A stretch of DNA of 64,000 nucleotides from Spirochaetia bacterium (GTDB lineage Bacteria; Spirochaetota; Spirochaetia; UBA9216): NCBI GenBank assembly GCA_963677925.2, contig CAXXYH010000004.1, forward strand, positions 512,001 through 576,000, read 5' to 3'. This document shows, piece by piece, positions 28,133 to 38,993 of this stretch (the first letter of the stretch is position 1; every line of letters starts with the position of its first letter). A program made the translations under genes and the position numbers. Below the pieces are notes generated by a model that saw only the letters and a list, made by a program, of their open reading frames with translations, searched no databases and was not told where the DNA came from.

Positions 28133-29827
28133 CTATCCGAAGGTAAAGGCATAAAACCTTATCTTTCCTTCTGTAACCAATCTCAATACATGCGGCCCCG
28201 CTTCGGTTAATTCAGCCAGATGATAAAGCCGGCTTTTATCGGGGTAAATGACTCCGGATTCGCTGTCCGTTGTTCCTGCCGCAGGTATTCCGTCTATTAA
28301 TACTTTTACACTTGAATTTTCAGAAACGGGTTCTATAACCAGATATACATTTCCGGCATTAAAGCCCAGTTCAAGGGAGCCGTTTGCTTCTGTTTCAATA
28401 AAGTCCTTTCGTATAACCCATCTTCCCTGAAGATTCCATTCTCCGTTTCCGGGTACTGATGAGAAACTGTATGAAGCTGCTGAATCATTTAGCTTTGTAC
28501 TTTCGGAGAGAAAACCGGAAGCCCTCCGGTAGCCCAGATAGAGTTCAGGCGTGCTGCTTTCAACTTCTATCTGTTTTACTGTTGCTGAGCGGGTTGTTGT
28601 TTTATGACCGGCTTCCCGGAGCAGCTCCCGTATTACCTGTTCAGAAGTTTCGTATTCACCCTCGCCGAAGTGGAAGTATCTGATATTTCCTTCCGCATCT
28701 ATAAAATAGTGAGCCGGCCAGTAGCGGTTGCTGTAAGCCCGCCACTGACCGAAGCTGTTGTCCTGGACAACCGGCCAGAGGACTTCCAGATCGCTGATTG
28801 CCTGCTGCAGATTTCCAGCATCGCGCTCGAATGCGAACTCCGGGGAATGAACACCGATAATCACAAGCCCCTCATCCGCATAGGCTTCATGCCATGCTCT
28901 GAGATAGGGCAGTGTCCTGACGCAATTTACACAGCTGTAAGTCCAGAAATCTATAAGCACAACCCTGCCTTTCAGGCCGGCCATTGTCAGTGGTTCTTCA
29001 GTATTGAACCATCGTCCGTCAGTGATTATTTCCGGTGCGGGTCCGTAGTTTTCAAGCTTTCCGTTACTGGGCTCGTTATCTATGCTTAATTCCGTCCGCT
29101 TATTAAGGGCTTCGCTTACAAGTCTGCTGTTCTCAATTGAAGTCAGACCGCTTCCATAATTTGGAAATGCAGTGAGCACTGCAGACTGAAACTTTCTGTC
29201 CAGGCCGAAGCCGACTGAGAGCCCGGCAATAATCATTATCGCGCCGAAGACCCTCTGAATTAATGCGGTTCGCGAAGACAGTTTAGGAAATCGGGTCAGA
29301 ATTTTTCGCCCGCCGAGCATCACTGCCAGCATCGGCAGCGCGGTGCCAAGTGAATATGCAGTAATTATTAAGACGGCCCCTCCGTCAACCTGCTGACTGA
29401 CTGCAAGACTGATAACGGAAGCCATTATAGGTCCGACGCAGGGTGTCCACAGCAGTCCGAGGCTGGCCCCGGTGAGAAGACCTCCGCCGAAGCCGTTTTT
29501 AGGAGAACCTTTTTTTCTGCTGACTAATCTTGAGGCAAGGATCTCAAACTGCTGCTGCAGAAAGGGTATAAACAGAATCAGGCCGAAAACTACAATGATA
29601 ATTACGGCGGTAAGTCTTAGGGTATCCGGCGGGATCTTAAGGTTCTGGACGAGTGTTGAAAGAATGAGTGTAAAAAGGCTGAAACTGAAAACAAATCCGG
29701 TTACAACGCCAAGGGGTTTTCTTTTTCCGCCTAGGCTTCCGGAAAGTATTATCGGCAGCACCGGCAGTATGCATGGTGAAAGTATTGTGACTATTCCGGA
29801 GAGGAAGGCGAAAAAAGCAAGTATCAT
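28133..29827 (-). CDS. dipZ: DipZ-type CcdA/DsbD membrane domain fused to thioredoxin and a C-terminal beta domain
   Basis: [42 protein letters not shown] and C-terminal FYAFTFG. Confidence 0.88.
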   Translation of the reverse strand: MILAFFAFLSGIVTILSPCILPVLPIILSGSLGGKRKPLGVVTGFVFSFSLFTLILSTLVQNLKIPPDTLRLTAVIIIVVFGLILFIPFLQQQFEILASRLVSRKKGSPKNGFGGGLLTGASLGLLWTPCVGPIMASVISLAVSQQVDGGAVLIITAYSLGTALPMLAVMLGGRKILTRFPKLSSRTALIQRVFGAIMIIAGLSVGFGLDRKFQSAVLTAFPNYGSGLTSIENSRLVSEALNKRTELSIDNEPSNGKLENYGPAPEIITDGRWFNTEEPLTMAGLKGRVVLIDFWTYSCVNCVRTLPYLRAWHEAYADEGLVIIGVHSPEFAFERDAGNLQQAISDLEVLWPVVQDNSFGQWRAYSNRYWPAHYFIDAEGNIRYFHFGEGEYETSEQVIRELLREAGHKTTTRSATVKQIEVESSTPELYLGYRRASGFLSESTKLNDSAASYSFSSVPGNGEWNLQGRWVIRKDFIETEANGSLELGFNAGNVYLVIEPVSENSSVKVLIDGIPAAGTTDSESGVIYPDKSRLYHLAELTEAGPHVLRLVTEGKIRFYAFTFG

Positions 29828-29829
29828 TT

Positions 29830-30285
29830 CTACATCTCCTCTTTAATGATTTTTGACAGAAGCTCTTCTGTGCCTCCTCCGTTCCATTTAATGAGGGCAT
29901 TTCCTTCGGCATCAATCTGAACAAATGTATGCTGATATGTTACGCCGTATTTTTTTTGAAGATCAGCAGAATGATCGTAATCAACCAGAACCAGATTAAC
30001 CCCATTCAGTTTTTCTGCGTTAGCTGTAAAATCTTCACGGGCCTCCCTGCATGTCGGACACCAGCTTGCGTTGAAAAAAAGAACAGTCGGCATCTTCTCT
30101 GCAAGCATCATTGCCTGCTCGGAGTCCCTGAATTCGATAAAGGGAGCGGAGACCATTTCGTCCATGCTGTCAGCGGCCATCATCATTGAGCCTTCTGTTT
30201 CAGGGGCTTCTTCAGCATTTCCTGATGAGAAAGCAGGCATAGATATTGAAATCAGTAATAAGACAAGTATTGTAAACACTTTCAT
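29830..30285 (-). CDS. Exported thioredoxin-family protein
   Basis: FFNASWCPTC, signal peptide and Met-rich N-terminus. Confidence 0.9.
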   Translation of the reverse strand: MKVFTILVLLLISISMPAFSSGNAEEAPETEGSMMMAADSMDEMVSAPFIEFRDSEQAMMLAEKMPTVLFFNASWCPTCREAREDFTANAEKLNGVNLVLVDYDHSADLQKKYGVTYQHTFVQIDAEGNALIKWNGGGTEELLSKIIKEEM

Positions 30286-30320
30286 TTGTTTACCTCCTGC
30301 ATATAAATGTAGGGGTCAAA

Positions 30321-30342
30321 TATCACAAAACTGTCACGGAAA
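30321..30342 (-). promoter_or_regulatory. Tandem 11-bp direct repeat, candidate OmpR-family binding box
   Basis: TATCACAAAAC / TGTCACGGAAA at the -35 position upstream of the trx-dipZ-msrBA operon. Confidence 0.5.
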
Positions 30343-30360
30343 TTAAAACTATTTATAAAA

Positions 30361-31812
30361 TCAAAGGGGCAGGCATATTGTAAATACAGCTCCGCCAGCG
30401 GAACTTTCTGCGGTTATTGTTCCGCCATGAAGATCCACCACCTCTTTTGCAATTGCAAGACCGAGGCCTGTACCGCCGCTTTCCCGGTTTCTGCTTTTAT
30501 CAGCACTGTAGAAACGTTCAAAAACATGGGGCAGATCTTCATCTGAAATTCCTGAACCTGTATCAGCTATAGAGACAATCTGACTGGATTCTGTCCGGCT
30601 GATGATGATGGATACCCTTCCCGTTCGGGGAGTATGGGAAACGGCATTTTCAATAATATTTGTAAGGGCACGTTCAATCAGTCCGATATCTGCCGTTACA
30701 GGAGAAAGGTCATCTGCTCTGCTGTATTCAATTTCAACACCGGCCCGGTCTGAGCGTGGCTTCAATTTTAGAATAATGTCCTGCATCAGTTCGGCTAGAT
30801 TGAACCGGTCCTTCTGCAGTTCTGTCTGCCGTGATTCAAGCCTGGCCAGATCAAAGAGCTCCTCAACCAGTTTCTGAAATCCAGCCACATTTTTCAGGCT
30901 GATTCGAAGAAATTCCTTCTGATCCTCAGTGCTGAGGTTTTCCTGTTTAAGCATGATGGTTTCAAGATGGCCGCGGATTGATGTGAGAGGACTTCTGAGA
31001 TCATGTGAAATATTTGCAATCATTTCCCTTCGCTGGTTCTCTGATTCCTGAAGCTGCATCAATCCTTCCTCGACGGATTCCGCCATTTCATTGAAGGCGC
31101 GTCCGAGGTTTGCAAGTTCGTCGTTTCCCTGAATCTCTACACGGTATTTGAAGTTTCCGGTCTTGAACGCTCTTGCGCCTTCGCCAAGTTTTCTGATTCG
31201 CCGGGTAAGCAGAAAAAATAGTGTTAATCCGAGAACCGCTGTAATTATCAGTGCTATGGCGAATGTGGAGATTCCGGATTTGATGTAATAATTGCTGCTG
31301 GACATCGCCAGTGATCTCTCGTAGCTCTGTCCTCTGAGTATTACATATACCCATCCTTCGGAATTTCCGATTTTCAGCCCGGCCGCAGAAAAAGGTTTTA
31401 ATGAATCTTCCGTTCTCGGATCTTCGCCGAGAACAATCTCATATCCGTTGCTTGCCGCGAATTTCCTGAGGGGCTCGAGGTTAATTCTTTCATGCAGAAC
31501 TCTGTCTGTTGATCCTGTAAAATAGGATAAAATATAGCCGTGTTCATCAAGCAGATATATCTCCACCATTGGATTGAGTACCATCATGTAATGAATGGCG
31601 TCTTTGATATTATTTTCAGAGAATGATTCTGCTACAAGAGGTTCCAGTTCCAGAGCAATACTTGCAGCATACTCCCGGTTAAGCAGCTGTTCAACTTCAT
31701 TTAGAAGATGACCGGATGCCCTGAAAGCAATCATCAGACTGCTGATTCCAAGAAGAAGTATCAGCAAAAGAAAGAGCAGGGACACTCTTGCATAAAACGA
31801 ACGTAAAATCAT
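30361..31812 (-). CDS. Sensor histidine kinase (HAMP-HisKA-HATPase)
   Basis: Two TM helices, HAMP (DELANLGRAFNEMA), ANISHDLRSPLTSI and GGTGLGLAI. Confidence 0.95.
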   Translation of the reverse strand: MILRSFYARVSLLFLLLILLLGISSLMIAFRASGHLLNEVEQLLNREYAASIALELEPLVAESFSENNIKDAIHYMMVLNPMVEIYLLDEHGYILSYFTGSTDRVLHERINLEPLRKFAASNGYEIVLGEDPRTEDSLKPFSAAGLKIGNSEGWVYVILRGQSYERSLAMSSSNYYIKSGISTFAIALIITAVLGLTLFFLLTRRIRKLGEGARAFKTGNFKYRVEIQGNDELANLGRAFNEMAESVEEGLMQLQESENQRREMIANISHDLRSPLTSIRGHLETIMLKQENLSTEDQKEFLRISLKNVAGFQKLVEELFDLARLESRQTELQKDRFNLAELMQDIILKLKPRSDRAGVEIEYSRADDLSPVTADIGLIERALTNIIENAVSHTPRTGRVSIIISRTESSQIVSIADTGSGISDEDLPHVFERFYSADKSRNRESGGTGLGLAIAKEVVDLHGGTITAESSAGGAVFTICLPL

Positions 31813-32549
31813 TTTTCAAACTCCGGAGCTTCCGCGAAGCGGTAACCGATACCCCATACCGTCAGAAGGTAGCGGGGATTAGCGGGATCTGATTCAATCT
31901 TGTTTCTAAGCCGGTTAATATGAGTATTTACAGTATGTTCATATCCCTCAAAATTATATTCCCAGACCAGATCAAGAAGGTCCGCCCGGCTGTATGCTCT
32001 GCCCGGATTCTTTACAAAGAGCCTTAACAGTTCAAATTCCTTAACTGTCAGATCAAGCTCAACACCCTTCATCATTGTTTTATGCTTGTTAAAGTCCACG
32101 GTTAAATCGCCGATCTGTACAAGGTCTCTGTTTTCATCCGCTTCTTTGCAGGCTTTTCCCGATCCAGCGGCAGAGCGTCTGAGAAGCGCTTTAACCCTTG
32201 CCTTTAATTCCCGAACGCTGAAAGGCTTTGTCATATAGTCATCAGCACCAAGCTCAAGTCCAAGCACCCGATCTATTTCTTCAGCCTTTGCGGTCAGCAT
32301 CATTACCGGAATGTATGGATCAGTTTCCCTCAGTTTTCTGCAGACTGTGATACCGTCCATGCCGGGCAGCATAATATCAAGAATTACAAGATCAAAACCT
32401 CCCCGTGATGCCTGTTTCAAACCGGTTTCCCCGTTATAAACCTGAAGGGTTTCAAGACCCATATCCTTCAGATTCATTGAAACAAGGTCGGATATTTCGC
32501 GATCATCCTCAATTATTACCACTCTGCTGTTTTCTGCTGAAACCGTCAT
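31809..32549 (-). CDS. OmpR-family response regulator
   Basis: IIEDD, LDIMLPGMDG, GADDYMTKPF and wHTH ending TVWGIGYRF. Start 32549 preferred. Confidence 0.95.
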   Translation of the reverse strand: MTVSAENSRVVIIEDDREISDLVSMNLKDMGLETLQVYNGETGLKQASRGGFDLVILDIMLPGMDGITVCRKLRETDPYIPVMMLTAKAEEIDRVLGLELGADDYMTKPFSVRELKARVKALLRRSAAGSGKACKEADENRDLVQIGDLTVDFNKHKTMMKGVELDLTVKEFELLRLFVKNPGRAYSRADLLDLVWEYNFEGYEHTVNTHINRLRNKIESDPANPRYLLTVWGIGYRFAEAPEFEK

Positions 32550-32665
32550 AATAATCCTTACTATTAATATAAGGCTTAATGGCCGGAAATGAAAAGGATT
32601 TTTACTTTCCAACCTCCGCCTTTATGCTTACCTTTTTACTAAGTTAAAATAATCCGGAGGCTTTA

Positions 32666-34744
32666 ATGGCGTCAGAAAACCATAAATATACGAACAGTCT
32701 GATAAACGAGAGCAGTCCCTACCTGCTGCAGCATGCACATAATCCTGTGAACTGGTATGCCTGGGGTGATGACGCCTTTTCTAAAGCAGTTACCGAAAAT
32801 AAACTGATTTTTCTGTCTATCGGGTACTCAACCTGCCACTGGTGTCATGTAATGGAGCATGAGTCGTTTGAGGATGAAGAAGTCGCCGGGGTAATGAACG
32901 AATCATATGTTTCAATCAAGGTGGACAGGGAGGAACGGCCCGATCTGGATGCGGTTTTTATGGATACGGCGATGATGATCACCGGAAACGGAGGCTGGCC
33001 GCTTAATCTGATACTTACACCGGAAGGGAAGCCATTTTTTACCGCTACATATATACGGAAGGCCGGCAATTCCTATTCAATGGGGATGATGGAACTGCTG
33101 CCGCATATTGAGAATTTGTGGCGTAAAGAGCCGCAGAAACTTATTGATGCATCTGAACAGATTCTAAAGGCTCTGAATGAAGGGAATGCGGGCTCTGTTT
33201 CTGCCGGGGCTGATCTGCCTTCCGGAGAAGTGCTGGTCCGTATAAGGAAGGCTGCAGGAGCGCATTTCAAAGAGATTTATGATAAGGATTTCGGCGGTTT
33301 TAACAGTCAGCCCAAGTTTCCCCAGCCTCAGAACCTTCTTCTTCTCATGCGGGAGTTCCGTTCATCAGGGGACTCTGGGCTGCTGGAAATGGCGGAAAAT
33401 ACCCTGCGGCAGATGAGAGCCGGCGGAATATATGATCATATAGGGTTCGGATTCCACCGCTACTCAACCGACAGTAAATGGCTTCTGCCCCACTTTGAAA
33501 AGATGCTTTATGATCAGGCAATGCTGATACTTGCCTATACCGAAGCATTCCAGCTTACGGCCAGGCCGGAATACAGAAAAACGGCTGAGGAGATCATTGA
33601 GTATGTCCTTCGTGACATGCGCTCGGAGAAAGGGGCTTTTTATTCGGCTGAGGATGCAGACAGTGAAGGCCGGGAAGGCAAATTCTATGTCTGGGAATAT
33701 GATGATTTTACCTCTTTTCTGAACAGCAGAGGGTTCGACGGAGCCGCATGGGCTGCATATTTCAGTCTTGAGCCTGAAGGCAACTTTGCCGACGAGGCAA
33801 GCCGGACTAAGAGCGGAGAAAATATTCTGCATATCAAACCCGGCGGCCTTTCACCTGAAGATGCGGATGCAGTCAGAGAGCTGCTTTTCCGGGAAAGGGA
33901 AAAGTGCATCCGCCCTCACCGGGATGATAAAATACTGACAGACTGGAACGGACTGATGATCACTGCTCTCGCAAAGGCCGGATGGACTTTCGGACGGAAG
34001 GAATATGTCGAGGCCGCCGGAGCCGCAGCAGGTTTCATTCTGGAAACAATGCAGATGGAGGACGGAGCCCTTCTTCATTCTTTCCGGAATGGAAAAAAGC
34101 ACACCCGGGGTATGATAGATGATTATGCTTTTTTGATTCGGGGACTGCTTGAATTGTACAGGGCGGATTTTGATCCGGCTTATATTAAAAAGGCTGTAAG
34201 TCTGGCGGAGTACACAAGGAGTCAATTTGAAGACAAAGAATATGGAGGTTTTTTTCAATCTGATATAAAGCAGACTGATATCCTCATAAGAAAAAAGAGT
34301 CTGATGGATAATGCAATACCATCGGGCAATTCTGTAATGTATGAGAATCTGATGCAGCTGTTTAAAATCACAGCAGAAACTTCTTGGAGAGATTCGGCGG
34401 ACGCAATCCTCCGGACTGTTTCAGCCGACCTTGAAAAATATCCCTCGGCCTTTGCCATGCTTTTATCGGCATTTGATTATGCGGGAAGTTCAGGCAGGGA
34501 AATCCTTGTTGCCGGAACCATGCAGGATTCTGATAAGTTTATCGCGGTCATCAACCGGTATTTTCTGCCTGGCTCAGTTGTCCTTTTAAAGACCGCAGAG
34601 AATTCATCCGGGCTTTCAGATACGGCAGGTTACACCGATGGCTACAGTCTGCCTGATGATTCTGCCGCAGTATATATCTGTACTGATTTTACCTGCAGTA
34701 AGCCTCTGAATAATACTGATGATTTAATTCAGGTTCTGAAATAG
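32666..34744 (+). CDS. YyaL/SPATA20-like thioredoxin-domain protein (DUF255 plus alpha/alpha toroid)
   Basis: [43 protein letters not shown] and [12 protein letters not shown]. Confidence 0.93.
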   Translation: MASENHKYTNSLINESSPYLLQHAHNPVNWYAWGDDAFSKAVTENKLIFLSIGYSTCHWCHVMEHESFEDEEVAGVMNESYVSIKVDREERPDLDAVFMDTAMMITGNGGWPLNLILTPEGKPFFTATYIRKAGNSYSMGMMELLPHIENLWRKEPQKLIDASEQILKALNEGNAGSVSAGADLPSGEVLVRIRKAAGAHFKEIYDKDFGGFNSQPKFPQPQNLLLLMREFRSSGDSGLLEMAENTLRQMRAGGIYDHIGFGFHRYSTDSKWLLPHFEKMLYDQAMLILAYTEAFQLTARPEYRKTAEEIIEYVLRDMRSEKGAFYSAEDADSEGREGKFYVWEYDDFTSFLNSRGFDGAAWAAYFSLEPEGNFADEASRTKSGENILHIKPGGLSPEDADAVRELLFREREKCIRPHRDDKILTDWNGLMITALAKAGWTFGRKEYVEAAGAAAGFILETMQMEDGALLHSFRNGKKHTRGMIDDYAFLIRGLLELYRADFDPAYIKKAVSLAEYTRSQFEDKEYGGFFQSDIKQTDILIRKKSLMDNAIPSGNSVMYENLMQLFKITAETSWRDSADAILRTVSADLEKYPSAFAMLLSAFDYAGSSGREILVAGTMQDSDKFIAVINRYFLPGSVVLLKTAENSSGLSDTAGYTDGYSLPDDSAAVYICTDFTCSKPLNNTDDLIQVLK

Positions 34745-34800
34745 ACAGAGATCTCCTTACAGAGAGAATTCATCGAATTTCACAACATCGGAACGCAGAA

Positions 34801-35226
34801 CTACTTAAAAAAGGAATCCGCCTTTGCCCTCCATGAAAGTTCCTCCTGGTCCTCTGTTTCGTCCAGAACAAGTCCGTGCTCCACCGATTCGTTTGAACCG
34901 GGTTTAACCGAGACAAAGGTTGTATAGCCTTCTGCTTTCAGCTCTCCGGTTTTCTCTGAAATTAAACCAACTCTAATAGTCATGCTTTTACTTCCTGTCC
35001 GAACTACAGTGCTTCTGAAACTTATGATTTCTCCGGGCTCTACTGATTTGTCAAAGCTGAACTGATGCGTATTTTTGTATAATAGACCATGCCCGTCCCC
35101 GTATTCGAGTGAAACCGCAATGAAGGATGCCTCTATCATCCATTCTATGGCTCTTCCGGCATAAAGATTAGTATGGTGATTAAGGTCTTCCATTTTTACC
35201 ATATGTGCTGCTGTATAATTCTTCAT
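34801..35226 (-). CDS. Acyl-CoA thioesterase (hotdog fold)
   Basis: DLNHHTNLYAGRAIEW and TTFVSV motifs. Confidence 0.85.
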   Translation of the reverse strand: MKNYTAAHMVKMEDLNHHTNLYAGRAIEWMIEASFIAVSLEYGDGHGLLYKNTHQFSFDKSVEPGEIISFRSTVVRTGSKSMTIRVGLISEKTGELKAEGYTTFVSVKPGSNESVEHGLVLDETEDQEELSWRAKADSFFK

Positions 35227-35250
35227 TCTGTATGACTCCGTGATGTAAAT

Positions 35251-36489
35251 TTAAAAATTCAAAGTAGCCAGATAATCTTCCGGGGTTTCCGCCCTGCGGA
35301 TTAATTCATGGCTTCCGTCTTCCTTAAAAAGAATTTCTGCGCTTCTTAGTTTTCCGTTATAGTTATATCCCATTGAAAATCCGTGGGCTCCGGTGTCATG
35401 GATATAAATCAGATCACCGCGTTTAATTTCGGGAAGCATTCTGTCTATTGCAAATTTATCATTGTTTTCACAGAGTCCGCCTGTGACATCATAAAGATGA
35501 TCCTTTTCTTCTGCTTCCTTACCCATAACTGTTATATGATGATAAGCACCGTACATAGCAGGTCTCAGCAGGTTGGCAGCGCTTGCATCCACCCCTATAT
35601 AATTTTTGTGGATTTTTTTCTCATGTACTGCTGTAGTAATCAGTGCTCCATGCGGGCCCAGCATAAACCTTCCAAGCTCGGTATATAGATCGATGTCTCC
35701 GTAACCCGAATCTATAAGAACTTCATCATAGTGTTTTTTTATAAGGTTTCCAATTTCAAAAATGTCGATGCCCTCTTCCTCCGGTAAATATGGAATCCCG
35801 ATACCTCCGGATAAATTGATAAACCTGACTCTGACTCCTGTATCCTTCTGCAGACTGACGGCTGTTTCAAAAAGAAGCTTTGAAAGCGCAGGATAGTAAA
35901 CAGTATTTAAAGTATTGCTTGCCAGAAAAGCGTGCAGACCGAAATCATTGACACCCTTATTTCTCAGTATCTTAAAACCCTCAACAAGCTGATCGTAGGT
36001 AAATCCGTATTTGGCATCTGAAGGGCTGTCCATAATATCATTGCTGCTTGTAAAAGAGTTTCCAGGATTGTAGCGGCAGCAGACAGTCTCCGGGATTCCC
36101 GCAGCCTTTTCAAGAAAATCAATATGGCTGATATCGTCCAGATTGATGACAGCACCAAGATCCGCCGCATATCTGTAGTCTTTTGCAGGAGTAACATTGG
36201 ATGAGAACATTATACTGCTGCCGGAGAATCCGGAGCGTTCGGACAGCATCAGCTCCGTGTAGGATGAGCAGTCAACCCCGCAGCCTTCATCTTTAAGTAT
36301 TTTAAGTATTGCCGGATTCGGTGTCGCTTTAACTGCAAAATATTCCCTGAAGCCTCTATTCCAGGAGAAGGCCTTATTCAAATTACGTGCTGTTTCACGG
36401 ATGCCCTTTTCATCATAAAGATGAAAGGGTGTAGGATTATTCCTGATTATCTGCTCAAGCTGAGCTTTTGTAAGAAATGTTTTTTTCAT
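35251..36489 (-). CDS. lysA: Diaminopimelate decarboxylase
   Basis: TPFHLYDE, YFAVKATPN (PLP lysine), NLSGGIG, ELGR, RPAMYGAYH, GGLCENND and HDTGAHG. Confidence 0.93.
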   Translation of the reverse strand: MKKTFLTKAQLEQIIRNNPTPFHLYDEKGIRETARNLNKAFSWNRGFREYFAVKATPNPAILKILKDEGCGVDCSSYTELMLSERSGFSGSSIMFSSNVTPAKDYRYAADLGAVINLDDISHIDFLEKAAGIPETVCCRYNPGNSFTSSNDIMDSPSDAKYGFTYDQLVEGFKILRNKGVNDFGLHAFLASNTLNTVYYPALSKLLFETAVSLQKDTGVRVRFINLSGGIGIPYLPEEEGIDIFEIGNLIKKHYDEVLIDSGYGDIDLYTELGRFMLGPHGALITTAVHEKKIHKNYIGVDASAANLLRPAMYGAYHHITVMGKEAEEKDHLYDVTGGLCENNDKFAIDRMLPEIKRGDLIYIHDTGAHGFSMGYNYNGKLRSAEILFKEDGSHELIRRAETPEDYLATLNF

Positions 36490-37181
36490 TTATTTTCTCC
36501 CCTGATTTTTATCAGTTCTATTTCATTTGTAAGTGAATCTTTCAGCAGTTCCACAAGATTCTTTTTCTTTGAGTATAAACAGGTAGATGTTGACTCTTTG
36601 ATATCACCTGTCATTACCTTCGCGGAGTCTGTAATTAGACGGATTTCCTCCAGTTTTTTTTCTGTCAGATATATTGTTGCTCCCGGCAGAATGACTTCGC
36701 CGTTAGTAATGATTACTACCTTGAGGTTATTTTTAATTGATGTCAGCAGGTGTTCTTCAAGCTCCTCTATGACTGACTTATGCATTGAAAGGTAGATTCG
36801 TTTTTCCGCATTTGCAATCATTGCAATCATTTGATCAATAATGTTGTCTTTTCCCTGAATTGTTAGATAGCCCTGATATTCGGCTTTTCTCCCGGGCATT
36901 TCTTTACTTATCTTTTCAGATGTTTTTTGCATTCTTCTGATTTTATTGGAACAGAAGTCCTCTACAGGAACCGGAGAGTACAGTTTTTTTTCACCTTCAA
37001 TAAGATTTGCAGCACCTTTTTCTGTCAGGTTTGCCAGGGCTGTGTAAGCATTTGAGCGTGAAATTCCTGTAAGTTTTGATACTTCATAGCCTGTAAGCAC
37101 TCCCTCTGTATGCAAAGTTATATAAATTGTTGCTTCCTGACTTGTTAAGCCGAATTGATTGAACCATTTGATCAACTGCAT
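36486..37181 (-). CDS. TrmB-family transcriptional regulator
   Basis: GLTSQEATIY..L...TGYEVSKLTGISRSNAY.AL..L.EKG; overlaps the lysA start (ATGA). Confidence 0.9.
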   Translation of the reverse strand: MQLIKWFNQFGLTSQEATIYITLHTEGVLTGYEVSKLTGISRSNAYTALANLTEKGAANLIEGEKKLYSPVPVEDFCSNKIRRMQKTSEKISKEMPGRKAEYQGYLTIQGKDNIIDQMIAMIANAEKRIYLSMHKSVIEELEEHLLTSIKNNLKVVIITNGEVILPGATIYLTEKKLEEIRLITDSAKVMTGDIKESTSTCLYSKKKNLVELLKDSLTNEIELIKIRGENK

Positions 37182-37200
37182 TATAGAATTTCTCCCCTTT

Positions 37201-37224
37201 TAGTGTTCCTGATAAGGACAACTA
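37201..37224. promoter_or_regulatory. Imperfect palindrome, candidate TrmB autoregulatory operator
   Basis: TAGTGTTCCT-GATA-AGGACAACTA just downstream of a minus-strand TTGACA..TATTAT promoter. Confidence 0.5.
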
Positions 37225-37351
37225 TAATAGTATAAAGTTCATTTGTCAATTGACTTTATAGGTAATCTCAAATACGCCGAAAATTGAAAGATATCTACAT
37301 GAAATATTATATTATCAGTGATAATTAATAATAGGATAGCATGGAGAAAGA

Positions 37352-38896
37352 TTGAAATATTTACTACTGATTATTTTTATTGCTGTTTCCGGAACCGCCT
37401 ATCCTCAGGATTTCTACCATGAAGAGGAACAGGAAATTCAGAATCTTTATTCTATTTATCTTGGTGTTACCGATACCGCGGAACAGTTTATCAATGGACA
37501 TCCTGATAAAGCTCTTGAGATACTTTCTGATTTACCTGAAAAAATCAGTAATCTGTCAAATGAACTACCAAAACTTCTAATCGAGATAGAGGAGGAAAGC
37601 AGGGAGACGCGTATTCCGGAGTTTCAGGTTGTAGCGGGCAATCTTAACGATATTCTGTCGGATTTGGATAAACTTACCGAACGTGTTGATGAATTAACTG
37701 ATATAGCCCGTGAAAAGGTTTTCAGCTCTTACAGATTCCGTCAGGAAGGAGAGAGGCGGCTTGATGAGACCAGAACCCTGATTCGGCAGGAGAATTATTC
37801 CGCAGCAAAAATAAAGCTGGAACAGGCTTCTCAGCGTTTTGAACAGGCTCTTGCTCTGCTTGAGGATCCCTCTTTTAGAATAGTATCAGAAAATGAAGTG
37901 TCGGCTCTTTCTCTGCAGATTCATTCCGGAGAAAATTCACTTGTTGTCCAGGAAGTAAGGCAGTCTCTTATAAAAGCAAGAAGACTGTATCTACAGTCTG
38001 ATTTTGCATCTGCTAACGATGTTTTAGTCCGGGCAAGAATACGATGGGCTGATACAAACTCAGAGCCCAATCCTGAGGTTGAATACTGGCTTGAACTGTC
38101 GGGCTCTGCCATCTCAGTTAATTCAAAACGTGTGATATCTGAGACCGATCCTTTGTATTCGGAAATGAACCAGTATTTGAGCAAGGCTCAGACTGATTTT
38201 CTAAAAGCTAAAGAATTACTGGAAGCCGGTAATAAAACTGAAGCTGAAAAATATTTTGAATCGACAGAGCAGAGTATTCTTCGTGTGCAGCAGTTCTACC
38301 CGCTTAATGAAACTGCCAGAATTTTAAGTTTCCAAATCAGTCAATACAGGGATCCGGAAGCTTTTAAAGAAGTTTTCAAGATTAATGTTCAGAATGCTAT
38401 GAGCCTTTTGAAAACAAATCCTCAAAAAGCCTATATTGATCTAAAAGCTCTTGAGAGTATCGACCCGGATTTTTCGGGTCTGCAGGCTGCTATTCTTGAA
38501 GCTGAATATGCTTCTGGTCTAAGGGTAAAACCGCCTGATACAGAGAAACTCAACAAGAGCAGAGAGCTTTTCGAAAAAGCCTACGCTATAATAAGCAGAA
38601 ATGTGAAATCAGAATACGGTGTAGCCCTTGTTTATCTGGATGAAGCAATCAGGCTGAATCCTGAAAATTCTGAAGCAGTAGTATTGAAAGACAGAATTTC
38701 GGCTGAAACAAACGGAACTGCCGGGGATGTTCTTTCTGCATCCGATCAGCAGCTTTATCTGGATGCAGTTAATGAATTTGCAGCCGGAAATTATCTGAAG
38801 GCAAGGATTATTGTTGAAACCCTTTTGAAAAATCCAGATAACCGGAACAATACCAAGCTGCTTCAGCTTCAAAATCGAATTGAAAAAACCCGTTAG
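37352..38896 (+). CDS. Exported alpha-helical/TPR-like hypothetical protein
   Basis: TTG start with SD, signal peptide and repeated TPR-like helices (e.g. LDEAIRLNPENSEA). Confidence 0.75.
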   Translation: MKYLLLIIFIAVSGTAYPQDFYHEEEQEIQNLYSIYLGVTDTAEQFINGHPDKALEILSDLPEKISNLSNELPKLLIEIEEESRETRIPEFQVVAGNLNDILSDLDKLTERVDELTDIAREKVFSSYRFRQEGERRLDETRTLIRQENYSAAKIKLEQASQRFEQALALLEDPSFRIVSENEVSALSLQIHSGENSLVVQEVRQSLIKARRLYLQSDFASANDVLVRARIRWADTNSEPNPEVEYWLELSGSAISVNSKRVISETDPLYSEMNQYLSKAQTDFLKAKELLEAGNKTEAEKYFESTEQSILRVQQFYPLNETARILSFQISQYRDPEAFKEVFKINVQNAMSLLKTNPQKAYIDLKALESIDPDFSGLQAAILEAEYASGLRVKPPDTEKLNKSRELFEKAYAIISRNVKSEYGVALVYLDEAIRLNPENSEAVVLKDRISAETNGTAGDVLSASDQQLYLDAVNEFAAGNYLKARIIVETLLKNPDNRNNTKLLQLQNRIEKTR

Positions 38897-38993
38897 CCGG
38901 TGTTATCACTGCGTCTTATCGGCTATAACAACATCTGCAATTAACTTGAAAATCCGGTATTTAATGAATTACGATTAAAGTACGGAGGAGTTA

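Noticed and set aside
28604-29089. Antisense and alternate-frame ORFs in the track (e.g. 28604-29089, 21945-22319, 33851-34258, 27024-27422)
   Set aside because: They lie entirely within well-supported genes and show no motifs; treated as shadow ORFs.
37352-38896. Specific function for the TPR-like exported protein
   Set aside because: Only generic helical repeats are visible; no diagnostic motif.
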